From a virus (Duplodnaviria; Caudoviricetes), in IMG/VR virus record IMGVR_UViG_3300030372_003555, positions 1 through 25,303 of that record: DNA of 25,303 nucleotides. One strand, 5' to 3'. Numbering within the stretch: the stretch's first letter is position 1; each line of letters opens with the position of its first letter. Under the pieces are notes generated by a model. It searched no databases. It saw only the letters and a list, made by a program, of their open reading frames with translations, and had not been told where the DNA came from. Positions 8,625 to 17,148 of the stretch are shown in pieces. The translations under genes were made by a program, and so were the position numbers.

Positions 8625-10028
8625 TTATTGATATTTATACCTTATTATTACGATTCCTGAACCACCTGCCGCACCCGCTATACCTGGATCGCCACCACCG
8701 CCACCGCCACCACCAGTGTTAGTTCCTCCTGCTACTGCAGCGCCTGGTTTTCCACCAGCACCACCTCCGCCAGTTCCACCAGCACCTGGTCCTCTAGGAC
8801 CTGCATTATGTCCACCACCTCCACCGCCGCCAGCGTAAGCTGTTGGAGTAGCATTAATACTTGTTGTTGCACCAGCACCACCTACACCTCCAGGTGTGCT
8901 AGGAGGAGCGGGTTGTGCTACGTCTGCTGCCGCAGCTGTTGCTCCACCACCTCCACCACCTAACATATAAGTAGTTGTATCTGAAGATCCTTTTCCACCA
9001 TTATTTCCTTGAGGAGGACTTACTGGAGGAGTATTTCCTGTTCCACCAGGTCTTCCAGCTGGAGGAGCGTTTGGATTACTTACTCCACCTCCACCACCAG
9101 ATCCACCGGGTTTTCCAGTAGCTACACAAATTGGAACAGCACCGGGACCACCTGCTCCACCACCGCCAGCTGTAGCTGTTATTGATGAAAAAATTGAATC
9201 ATTTCCACTAGTTCCTCGAGAATCTGGACTAGGACTTGCAGGATGACCTGCTCCTCCTCCGCCTACTGTTATAGGATAACCTGTTGCTGTAACGGGTACA
9301 CCTGTTGGTGCTCTTAATGGAGATCCTGTATAAGAATCATTTAAACCTAAACCTTCTCTAAAACCACCTGCACCTCCTCCAGCTACGGCATCATTCCCAC
9401 CACCACCGCCACCACCAGCGACTACTAAATAAGAAACTGTGTTTGAACCTGCTGCATTACCTGCACAAGAAACTGTAAAAGTTCCAGGACCTGTAAAAGT
9501 ATGAATTTTAAAATTACCACAAGTGGCAGTAGTGTTTCCACCTGATGCGGCTATATATTTTATTTCTGCTATTGGATCAGCATTATCATTAACTGGAAGC
9601 CAACCTTGTGTTGAATCTACATACACTAAAGTTTTTGATTCTCTATTTATAATCATTTGTGCATCTAGTTCAAAACCTTCTATTTTAGAACTATTTCTAC
9701 CAATGGTTAAAGTATCACTAGCAAAATTTCCTGTATAATCTGCAAAAGCAACTATGTCTCCAGCACTTGGTGATGCTGGCAATGTAGCTGTAAATGCTCC
9801 ACCATCTGTATTACAAAAATAACCATTTCCACTTACTGCTGTAAATCCTGTTGTTTTAATTGAACCTGTCTGCCAGTCTACAGTTCCTGTTCTACCAAAT
9901 CCTGTTTGTGTTCCATTGTTTGTAATTGTTGCACCAGAAGGAATAACAAAAGAATCTCCACTATCTCCTAATGTAACAGTACCACAATTGGTTCTTGGAC
10001 TAATTTTATTTACTTTAACTTCACTCAT
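8625..10028 (-). CDS. Glycine-rich tail fibre/receptor-binding protein 3, 467 aa
   Basis: GFGRTGTVDW, KIHTFTGPGTF, YLVVAGGGGG, C-terminal GGSGIVIIRY. Confidence 0.8.
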   Translation of the reverse strand: MSEVKVNKISPRTNCGTVTLGDSGDSFVIPSGATITNNGTQTGFGRTGTVDWQTGSIKTTGFTAVSGNGYFCNTDGGAFTATLPASPSAGDIVAFADYTGNFASDTLTIGRNSSKIEGFELDAQMIINRESKTLVYVDSTQGWLPVNDNADPIAEIKYIAASGGNTTATCGNFKIHTFTGPGTFTVSCAGNAAGSNTVSYLVVAGGGGGGGNDAVAGGGAGGFREGLGLNDSYTGSPLRAPTGVPVTATGYPITVGGGGAGHPASPSPDSRGTSGNDSIFSSITATAGGGGAGGPGAVPICVATGKPGGSGGGGGVSNPNAPPAGRPGGTGNTPPVSPPQGNNGGKGSSDTTTYMLGGGGGGATAAAADVAQPAPPSTPGGVGGAGATTSINATPTAYAGGGGGGGHNAGPRGPGAGGTGGGGAGGKPGAAVAGGTNTGGGGGGGGDPGIAGAAGGSGIVIIRYKYQ

Positions 10029-10030
10029 AA

Positions 10031-11398
10031 TTACGCTTTTCTATATCTAATTATAACTGCACCTGCCTCAGAAACTGCCTGTGGTTGTGGACTTCCTGGA
10101 AAAGTTCCTCCAGAACCATGACCATAACCTGATCCTCTATTAGGGGCATTTGCATCATTTCCACCTTCACCATCACCTCCAGTTGCATATACCACTGTTG
10201 ATCCATTAATAGCACTTGGTGTACCATTTCCTGGGTGAGCAGATGTACAAGTCACAGGGCCACCACTACCAGCTCCACCACCAGAACCTGAATTTTCTCC
10301 TGCTGCTCCTCTAAAACCTGGATTACCTTGTGGAGGACTTACAGGTGGGGTATTACCCGCTCCACCATCAGTTGGTCCATAGTCACTTCCTCCGCCACCA
10401 GATCCACCGGCTACTCCTGGATTAGGTCTGTGATTACCTTCTCCTCCTCCAGCAGATGTTTTACAATTAAATACACTTGCACTTCCATTAACAGTTCCAC
10501 CAGCTGCCCCAACTGTTACGGGATAACCTGTTGCAGTGACTGTAAGACCAGTACAAGCTGAAGCTAACGGAGAAGCTGTATAACAACCTCCTCCAGGGTT
10601 GGGTGCTTTAAATTCTCTAAAACCTCCGGCTCCACCACCACCTGGTCCTGCTCCTCCAGAACTTTTTCCACCGCCTCCTGCTATTACCATATAAGAAATT
10701 GTATTATTTGCTGGTGCGGTAGCTAAAGCTGATACACAAAAAGTACCTGGGCCTGTAAATGTATGAATTTTAAAATCTCCTGAGCAAGTAATTGTTCCGC
10801 CTGTCGCTGTAATAAAATTTTCAATTCCACTTGGACTTGATGTTACCGATTGTTCTGTTGTTAACCATCCTTGAGTAGTGTCTACATAAACTAAAAGAAC
10901 GGAACCACCTTCTGCTGATAAAGTTGGATCTTGATCATTACCACCACCAATTTTTTCTGAACCATTTGGATTTAAAGTAACTGCATTACTATCCCAAGTA
11001 TTTGCATAATCTTTTAAACCTATAATGTCTCCAGCAGTTCCTGCTGGTAAATTAACTGTTACTGCTCCACCTGTAGTATTAACAAAATATCCTTTACCTG
11101 CTGCTGGAATAAATGCTGCTGTTTTAATATCGCCTGTTTGCCAATCAACAGTTCCTGTACGACCGAATCCTGTTTGAGAAGCACCAGATGCTAAAGAAAT
11201 TGTATCTCCTGAAGCTCCTAAAGTAATTGTAGTTCCACATTGACTAATTAAATTTCCACCATCTGAAGCTTGTAAATTGTTTCCGGCACTTCTAATGTTA
11301 TCAGAAGCCGCACCTATATTAACTGTTGTGCCACACTTATTAACTACATTAGTGCCCGGTTGATTTTGTACGTTGTCTACTTTTATTGTTGATGCCAT
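10031..11398 (-). CDS. Glycine-rich tail fibre/receptor-binding protein 2, 455 aa
   Basis: Same architecture; C-terminal AGAVIIRY. Confidence 0.8.
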   Translation of the reverse strand: MASTIKVDNVQNQPGTNVVNKCGTTVNIGAASDNIRSAGNNLQASDGGNLISQCGTTITLGASGDTISLASGASQTGFGRTGTVDWQTGDIKTAAFIPAAGKGYFVNTTGGAVTVNLPAGTAGDIIGLKDYANTWDSNAVTLNPNGSEKIGGGNDQDPTLSAEGGSVLLVYVDTTQGWLTTEQSVTSSPSGIENFITATGGTITCSGDFKIHTFTGPGTFCVSALATAPANNTISYMVIAGGGGKSSGGAGPGGGGAGGFREFKAPNPGGGCYTASPLASACTGLTVTATGYPVTVGAAGGTVNGSASVFNCKTSAGGGEGNHRPNPGVAGGSGGGGSDYGPTDGGAGNTPPVSPPQGNPGFRGAAGENSGSGGGAGSGGPVTCTSAHPGNGTPSAINGSTVVYATGGDGEGGNDANAPNRGSGYGHGSGGTFPGSPQPQAVSEAGAVIIRYRKA

Positions 11399-11417
11399 AA
11401 TTCTATATTACCATGCT

Positions 11418-12812
11418 TTATTTATATTTGTACCTTATTATTACTATTCCTGAACCACCCGCACCTCCAGTATAAGTACCAGGAGATTGCGCTCTATTAC
11501 CACCGCCGCCACCTCCAGTATTAGTTGTTCCAGCATTTCCTGTAGCAGGTCCTAGACCTGATCTAGTTCCTGCACCGCCAGTTCCACAAGGACTAGCTGC
11601 ACCACCACAAACTGGATTATCTCCTCCACCTCCTCCGCCACCACCTGCATAAGAAACTGCACTTCCTGAAATAGTAGATGGTGTTCCAGCACCACCTCTA
11701 CCAATAGATGTTGTTCCTGCGTTTTCTCCAACTTCTGATGCTCCACCTCCACCACCATTGGTATAATTAGGGGCAGCAGGTCCACCGTCTCCACCATCTG
11801 TTCCTTGTGCTGGAGTTGTGGAAGGAGTATTTCCTGAACCACCTGGTGATGGATCATAACTACCACCTCCGCCAGATCCTCCATCAGCACCGGCTCCACT
11901 TTCAGTTCCTCCGCCACCACCTCCAGCAGAACTTATTGTTGAAAAAGTTGAAACTGCTCCTGTTCCACCTTGATAAGGACCAGTTGGAAAAGGACCTCCT
12001 GTACCTCCTGCACCTACTGCAATTGGATAACCAGTAGCTGTTACTGTAATTCTATTGGGTGCTGAAGGGTATCCGTCTAACGGACTTGCTGTGTAAGGTG
12101 TTACAGGAGATTTTAATTCTCTATATCCACCAGCACCTCCGCCACCACCATAACTTCCACCGCCGCCACCACCACCAGCAATTACCATATATGAAACTAA
12201 ATTATTTGCTGCACAAATTGCGGCAGTAGAAACAGTAAAAGTTCCTGGTCCTGTAAATTTATGAATTTTGTCATTACCACAAGTAGTTATTGTACCACCA
12301 GTTGCTATTAGATAAGGATTACCTCTTACATTTGATGTTGAATCCATAGTATTAATCCAACCTTGTGTTGAATCTATATAAACAAGAGTTACTGATTGAC
12401 CTTCTGTACTTAAAGTTACATTTGCATTTGTTCCACCAATCTTTTCAGTTCCATTTGGTGAAATAGTAAAATTATTATCATCCCAAGTTGCTGCATAATC
12501 TGCAAAGGAAACTATTGATCCAGCAGAACCTGCTGGTAAATTTGCTGTAATTGTTCCAGCTGTAGTATTTACAAAGTAACCTTTTCCAGTTGCAGCAGTT
12601 ATTGTTGATGTTTGAACTGTTGTAACCCAATCTACCGTTCCTGTTCTACCGAAACCAGATTGAGTTGCTCCTGAAGCTAGTGTAACTGTTCCACCGCAAC
12701 GACCTAAAGTTAATGTCGTTGCATCTACGGTTACAGTTTTACTTGCTCCACCACCAACTGTTAAAGTTGTTCCACATTGTTGTTCAATTGCATCTACTTG
12801 TACTTTACTCAT
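11418..12812 (-). CDS. Glycine-rich tail fibre/receptor-binding protein 1, 464 aa
   Basis: Same architecture; C-terminal GGSGIVIIRY. Confidence 0.8.
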   Translation of the reverse strand: MSKVQVDAIEQQCGTTLTVGGGASKTVTVDATTLTLGRCGGTVTLASGATQSGFGRTGTVDWVTTVQTSTITAATGKGYFVNTTAGTITANLPAGSAGSIVSFADYAATWDDNNFTISPNGTEKIGGTNANVTLSTEGQSVTLVYIDSTQGWINTMDSTSNVRGNPYLIATGGTITTCGNDKIHKFTGPGTFTVSTAAICAANNLVSYMVIAGGGGGGGSYGGGGGAGGYRELKSPVTPYTASPLDGYPSAPNRITVTATGYPIAVGAGGTGGPFPTGPYQGGTGAVSTFSTISSAGGGGGGTESGAGADGGSGGGGSYDPSPGGSGNTPSTTPAQGTDGGDGGPAAPNYTNGGGGGASEVGENAGTTSIGRGGAGTPSTISGSAVSYAGGGGGGGGDNPVCGGAASPCGTGGAGTRSGLGPATGNAGTTNTGGGGGGNRAQSPGTYTGGAGGSGIVIIRYKYK

Positions 12813-12988
12813 TAAACTATTACCACCGTTCCTGTTATAATAACTGTACCAGGTAAAGTAATAGGTCCTGCAAGAACTCCATTCTCTACAGTCTGAGTTC
12901 CATCAATCGTTGCCGCTTGATTAGGTATAAATTCATTAGGGCTATACTGCCCTCCAATATATTGGATTCCATTTATTGTTGCCGTCAT
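12812..12988 (-). CDS. Small tail-fibre-associated protein, 58 aa (not in ORF track)
   Basis: AGGAG RBS, ATG at 12988; MTATINGIQYIGGQYSPNEFIPNQAATIDGTQTVENGVLAGPITLPGTVIITGTVVIV; TAATG coupling to fibre 1. Confidence 0.85.
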   Translation of the reverse strand: MTATINGIQYIGGQYSPNEFIPNQAATIDGTQTVENGVLAGPITLPGTVIITGTVVIV

Positions 12989-12996
12989 AATTTCTC

Positions 12997-13323
12997 CTAC
13001 GAACTAATTGTGTCAATGTATGAACAAACAACATCTAGTGAACTCGCGGTATCACTAACTGCTTCTAATACATCACCACTAGCCAAAACAATCTTTGCTC
13101 CGCCTTGGATCAATTCGACAGCTGAATTAGGTGGAATTACAACTCCTTTTGCTAAAAAGTAGTCGGCTCCTCCTTTTGCAATTTTAACATCAACTTTAAT
13201 TGTTGAAGTTAAAACATTACAGCATCTAATACCTATAACTGCATCATAATTTCCTGCAGTTAAGATACCTTGATCACTTGTTCCAATTACTCGGTGCAAT
13301 TCGTTTCTAAAATCTTGTGCCAT
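12997..13323 (-). CDS. Small beta-rich tail protein, 108 aa
   Basis: AGGA RBS; paralogue of 1678-2016. Confidence 0.78.
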   Translation of the reverse strand: MAQDFRNELHRVIGTSDQGILTAGNYDAVIGIRCCNVLTSTIKVDVKIAKGGADYFLAKGVVIPPNSAVELIQGGAKIVLASGDVLEAVSDTASSLDVVCSYIDTISS

Positions 13324-13336
13324 ATTTTTTTCCTAT

Positions 13337-13720
13337 TTATAACGCCACGGCCATTGCTAATGCAAAGCCAGCTGACGCTGCTCCTACTGGGTTTCCGCTT
13401 GCATCTAAATAAACTGTTTTACTAGCGGGCATTGTACAAAAAACATCTTTAGTACCTGCACCAAAGTCAACTGCTGAATCAGAATTAGAACTTGAGATAG
13501 GTGTAGTTCTAGTTAAGTTAGCACTTGTCCCATCAAGTGTCCCAAGACCAACTTCCCATTCAGTTGTACCAGTATTAAAAATTGCATAATACGTTGTATT
13601 ACTATTTCCAATTCCAGCTGCAAAAGTTTCAAAACCAGTTACCGCTCCTCCAAGTGCAATAGCACCTGTACCAGTTGTAGTACTTGTTTCTTTTACTCTG
13701 TCATTTATTACTAAAGCCAT
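13337..13720 (-). CDS. Tail fibre N-terminal/adaptor-like protein, 127 aa
   Basis: DRVKETSTTTGTG...WEVGLG...FGAGTKDVFCT; AGGAG RBS. Confidence 0.72.
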   Translation of the reverse strand: MALVINDRVKETSTTTGTGAIALGGAVTGFETFAAGIGNSNTTYYAIFNTGTTEWEVGLGTLDGTSANLTRTTPISSSNSDSAVDFGAGTKDVFCTMPASKTVYLDASGNPVGAASAGFALAMAVAL

Positions 13721-13735
13721 TTTATTTTTCTCCTA

Positions 13736-14161
13736 TTACGCCATGCTTATAATTGCATTCGACGCTGTTGCCGGATTAGGGAAAGAAACTTTAAATGTAC
13801 CATTTGTACAAGTAAAAGTTCCACCAAAATCCAATACCACACACAATTTATCACTTTGATCATCATTATAAAGTGCTGCATGCGTTGCAGTAATTGTAGC
13901 TGAAGTCCATGTCGTATCCGCAAAATCACAACTTGCCACAGCTGTAGCTGCCACAACGGCATTACCTGTAAGAGCATTACCTGTTGCTGTATAATTAGTT
14001 CCAGAAGAACTAACTTCGTTTGTAGCAACGTAAACAGTACTAGATGTGTTGTAAGGATTTGAAGTGTACAAAGCTAATTTAAAGCTATCTCCGCCAGATG
14101 CAAAATTATGTGTTCCTGTGAATAATTCTCCACGGAATGCGAAAGGTATTACGTTTGCCAT
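13736..14161 (-). CDS. Virion structural (tail) protein, 141 aa
   Basis: FKLALYT...NEV...Y..G...DFAD..W...ALYN...VLDFGG pattern; AAGGAG RBS. Confidence 0.72.
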   Translation of the reverse strand: MANVIPFAFRGELFTGTHNFASGGDSFKLALYTSNPYNTSSTVYVATNEVSSSGTNYTATGNALTGNAVVAATAVASCDFADTTWTSATITATHAALYNDDQSDKLCVVLDFGGTFTCTNGTFKVSFPNPATASNAIISMA

Positions 14162-14175
14162 ATTTTTTTATCTCC

Positions 14176-14871
14176 TTAATAAGTTGATGGTGATTCAGAT
14201 TTAATTGGAAGACGAATAACCCCATCTTGATATTCGTTTCTGCGTCTACGACCCATTTGTTCAGTCGCGTACGTTTCTAAGGCTTCTTTATAAGCCTTAT
14301 CGTAGTATTGTAACATATCCATCGGTCCTTTCAAGTACCCATATGCATTTACTAAAGATGCATATAAAAGCAAATCTGTATATTTATTAGAGAGATATGT
14401 GCCGGTTGAAGATTTAGTTGCATCGGTTAAACTTGTTGGTTCTTTATTATAAGCTAAAGTAATTGCGTAAGCAGTATCAGGGGTAGGTGCTACCACCCAG
14501 TTATCTTCATCCCAATTAGCATAATATTTGGGGATATTAGTCGATGAAGAACTTGGTGTTGAATAGTATTCAGCCATAAAACTAGGATCTCTTTGTTCTA
14601 AATAAACCTGATCTCCAGCATCATTAGTTAATTGGACATATCTAATAACCCTTAAATCAGCAGGAATTGAGACATATCTGTTCCCAATAATACAAGTAGA
14701 TGTAGCATAGAATCGTTCTAAATCAGCATCAAAAGCTCTATAAATTCTGCTTTCAGCATTTATAATTAATTTATTTAAAACACTCGAACTAAAAACAGAA
14801 CTATCAACTTCTGTATAGTTTTTAATATCATCCTGTAAATTAGTTAGGGTGTATGTTATTCCTGCTGGCAT
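14176..14871 (-). CDS. Head-tail adaptor-like protein, 231 aa
   Basis: I.NAE.RI, PKYYA, VAPTPD..Y...L.Y, LLLYASL motifs; synteny. Confidence 0.65.
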   Translation of the reverse strand: MPAGITYTLTNLQDDIKNYTEVDSSVFSSSVLNKLIINAESRIYRAFDADLERFYATSTCIIGNRYVSIPADLRVIRYVQLTNDAGDQVYLEQRDPSFMAEYYSTPSSSSTNIPKYYANWDEDNWVVAPTPDTAYAITLAYNKEPTSLTDATKSSTGTYLSNKYTDLLLYASLVNAYGYLKGPMDMLQYYDKAYKEALETYATEQMGRRRRNEYQDGVIRLPIKSESPSTY

Positions 14872-14872
14872 A

Positions 14873-15757
14873 TTATTGTGGTCCTATTGCTTTTAATGTT
14901 ACTGGTCCCGAAGATACATTATACCCTCCACCGCTAATTTGTCCAGTAGTAGCTGTTCCGCCACTATTAAAATAAAAATAATTATCAGGAGTTAATAAGT
15001 TTCTAACAGCTGCTCCCGCTGAATGAGTCGCCGCAGTACTTCCATGAGCACCTCTTGTAACTCCACTTAAAACAGAACCATCAAGTCCAGTATAAGTAAT
15101 AATTTCAGTTCCAACCAAAATAGCATTTGTGGGAGTTCCATTGGGATTATTAATAGTAGGTACTCTCGGTCCACTTTTAGCAAAATTTGTTGAACTGGTT
15201 AATGTAATTCCTTCTGTAGCTGTAGCACTAGAAATAGCAGAAAATAAAGTTGTAGTCACAGAAGTATATTTTCCTGGAACAATTGAAAAACCAGCAGCCT
15301 TACAAATAGTTGCCCCAGTGATTCCATCTACATTTGCAATATTAGAAAAACCTACCACAGGACTTCCTGCAACAGGTCCATCATCACCTATAGTATCCGG
15401 CGTACCAGTACCTGGTGAAGTAGTAGGAGAACCTCTAAATCTAACAGTATCCCCATAACTTCTTTGATGATCTACAGAATATGTATTTATAATTCCTGAA
15501 GCTGCAGCAAAAGTAGTTAAAGGATTAAAATCTAAAAATCTTAATGATTGAGGAGAAGGTTGTTGTGGTCTTGTTTTAGGTAAAGCTGTTGGATCAGCTG
15601 CACTTGGTTTAGGATCTAATTGTGGCTGTTTAGATTCGAACTCAGAATAATGTACAAACAATCCGTTCCATTGTGTAACCATTTCATTCCATGGAAATGA
15701 TTGTCCACTAATGTCGGATACTGCTAATGCAAATTTTCCTTGTGCATATCTTGCCAT
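14873..15757 (-). CDS. Virion structural protein, 294 aa
   Basis: In the operon; carries a module shared with the nozzle protein. Confidence 0.7.
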   Translation of the reverse strand: MARYAQGKFALAVSDISGQSFPWNEMVTQWNGLFVHYSEFESKQPQLDPKPSAADPTALPKTRPQQPSPQSLRFLDFNPLTTFAAASGIINTYSVDHQRSYGDTVRFRGSPTTSPGTGTPDTIGDDGPVAGSPVVGFSNIANVDGITGATICKAAGFSIVPGKYTSVTTTLFSAISSATATEGITLTSSTNFAKSGPRVPTINNPNGTPTNAILVGTEIITYTGLDGSVLSGVTRGAHGSTAATHSAGAAVRNLLTPDNYFYFNSGGTATTGQISGGGYNVSSGPVTLKAIGPQ

Positions 15758-15759
15758 AA

Positions 15760-16515
15760 TTAAACACTTGGATAGTAAGTCTTAGGTGTAACATACGTAC
15801 TGTTACTAGACCCATCCGCTGCCTCCGCTCTTAATAATTCGTCTTCGTATAACATTTTTAAATTTTGTGTTCTTTCAGGACTGTATTTCATACTAATATA
15901 GTATGCTAAACCTGCACACATACAGGGAATATAATAATAAGGAACGTCAGCTGCATTTGTATATGCACCTGCATCGTCTATTCTACTCATGTAGTAAAAT
16001 TGAACTCTGTCTCCAGCTTGGCTTGAACTTGGAGTTGTATATAAAGTTATAGTTACTTTATCTATAAATCTTTGAACCCAATATTGTGATGGTTGTCCTT
16101 GAGCTAATTTATTTGATAAAGAAGAATAAGTTGATCTTGAAATTTTTGTTAAGGGACTATCTGATTGACTAGTTGTACCTGCGCTACTTCTATATGATGC
16201 TTCAAAAATATCATCAGTACCATACAAAGCTGCACCTGCACTATTTAATAAAGTTGAAGTTCCATCTCCGCTAGATCTATAACCAATGTACTCATTGGTT
16301 CCGGCAACAAGAGTCAAATATCCATCTCCAATTTCCCAGAGATGAATTCCTCTGTTAGCCCACTCTTGAAACATTATATTTAAAGAGCGTCTAGCTGTTT
16401 TTAACTGGTAACCAGCAACTCCTCTAATACCACATCTCTCAAAGGCTTCTTCAATAATATCGTCAATTGCGAACGTTTTCCCGAACGTTGCTGTTCCGGA
16501 AGTAGTATTAGCCAT
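15760..16515 (-). CDS. Head-tail adaptor / tail tubular protein A-like, 251 aa
   Basis: IIEEAFERCG, ARRSLN...EWANRG, G.PSQYW, GLAYYIS; AGGAGG RBS. Confidence 0.68.
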   Translation of the reverse strand: MANTTSGTATFGKTFAIDDIIEEAFERCGIRGVAGYQLKTARRSLNIMFQEWANRGIHLWEIGDGYLTLVAGTNEYIGYRSSGDGTSTLLNSAGAALYGTDDIFEASYRSSAGTTSQSDSPLTKISRSTYSSLSNKLAQGQPSQYWVQRFIDKVTITLYTTPSSSQAGDRVQFYYMSRIDDAGAYTNAADVPYYYIPCMCAGLAYYISMKYSPERTQNLKMLYEDELLRAEAADGSSNSTYVTPKTYYPSV

Positions 16516-16523
16516 TTAGCCTC

Positions 16524-17099
16524 CTACCCGTCGTAAAAGACTGATAATCCTACAACAGCTCCTGATGTTCCTTGCATATAGCATCCATTTGGAAAATAGA
16601 TACCATTGTCAGGGATATAAGGATCTATTAAATCATCTCTTACATATTCAGTATGAAAAGTAGTCCCAGTAGTTGACGAGTTTTTAAAATTTATATGTCC
16701 CGCAGCAGCTCCATTTCCAGTCATTCCTCTTACACGAGTTGCACCAGCAAATAAAGTTCCTGTAGCTACTCCATTTTTTACACCTGCAGAAATATCTGTT
16801 GTGATACTTCCTGAAGCAGTAATACTAGTTACAGTTAACCATGTTCCAGCTATATCTATTGTGTTCGCGTTTGGACCAGTAGTTGCTGCACTAGTTTGAG
16901 CAGCACCAGTAGCATCTGTTCCTACAACGGTAAAAGTTATACCACTATTATTAGCCGAAGAAGTTATCGTTACTGTTTGAGCATTAACGAATTCTCCCAC
17001 ATCAATATTTAAAGACGTAGCTGTACCCGAAGCAGAAATCATAGAAGTATGAGTTCCTTGGACAAATTTTTTCGACTTTACACTTGTTACATTTGGCAT
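16524..17099 (-). CDS. Virion structural protein (capsid accessory?), 191 aa
   Basis: AGGAG RBS; C-terminal IPDNGIYF; internal domain shared with 17149-18093. Confidence 0.7.
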   Translation of the reverse strand: MPNVTSVKSKKFVQGTHTSMISASGTATSLNIDVGEFVNAQTVTITSSANNSGITFTVVGTDATGAAQTSAATTGPNANTIDIAGTWLTVTSITASGSITTDISAGVKNGVATGTLFAGATRVRGMTGNGAAAGHINFKNSSTTGTTFHTEYVRDDLIDPYIPDNGIYFPNGCYMQGTSGAVVGLSVFYDG

Positions 17100-17119
17100 T
17101 TAATTGTCTCCTAATTATA

Positions 17120-17139
17120 GGAGCTCCCGAAGGAGCTCC
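17120..17139 (-). other. Stable cUUCGg hairpin between structural genes
   Basis: GGAGCUCC-UUCG-GGAGCUCC; no U-tract follows. Confidence 0.7.
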
Positions 17140-17148
17140 ATAAATTTA

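Noticed and set aside
8660-12180. ccacc/ccgcc runs resembling repeats or a CRISPR array
   Set aside because: These are glycine codon runs; there is no repeat-spacer periodicity and no cas genes.
8625-12812. Diversity-generating retroelement or invertible fibre switch
   Set aside because: No reverse transcriptase or invertase, no adenine-specific TR/VR pair seen, and all fibre genes are co-oriented.
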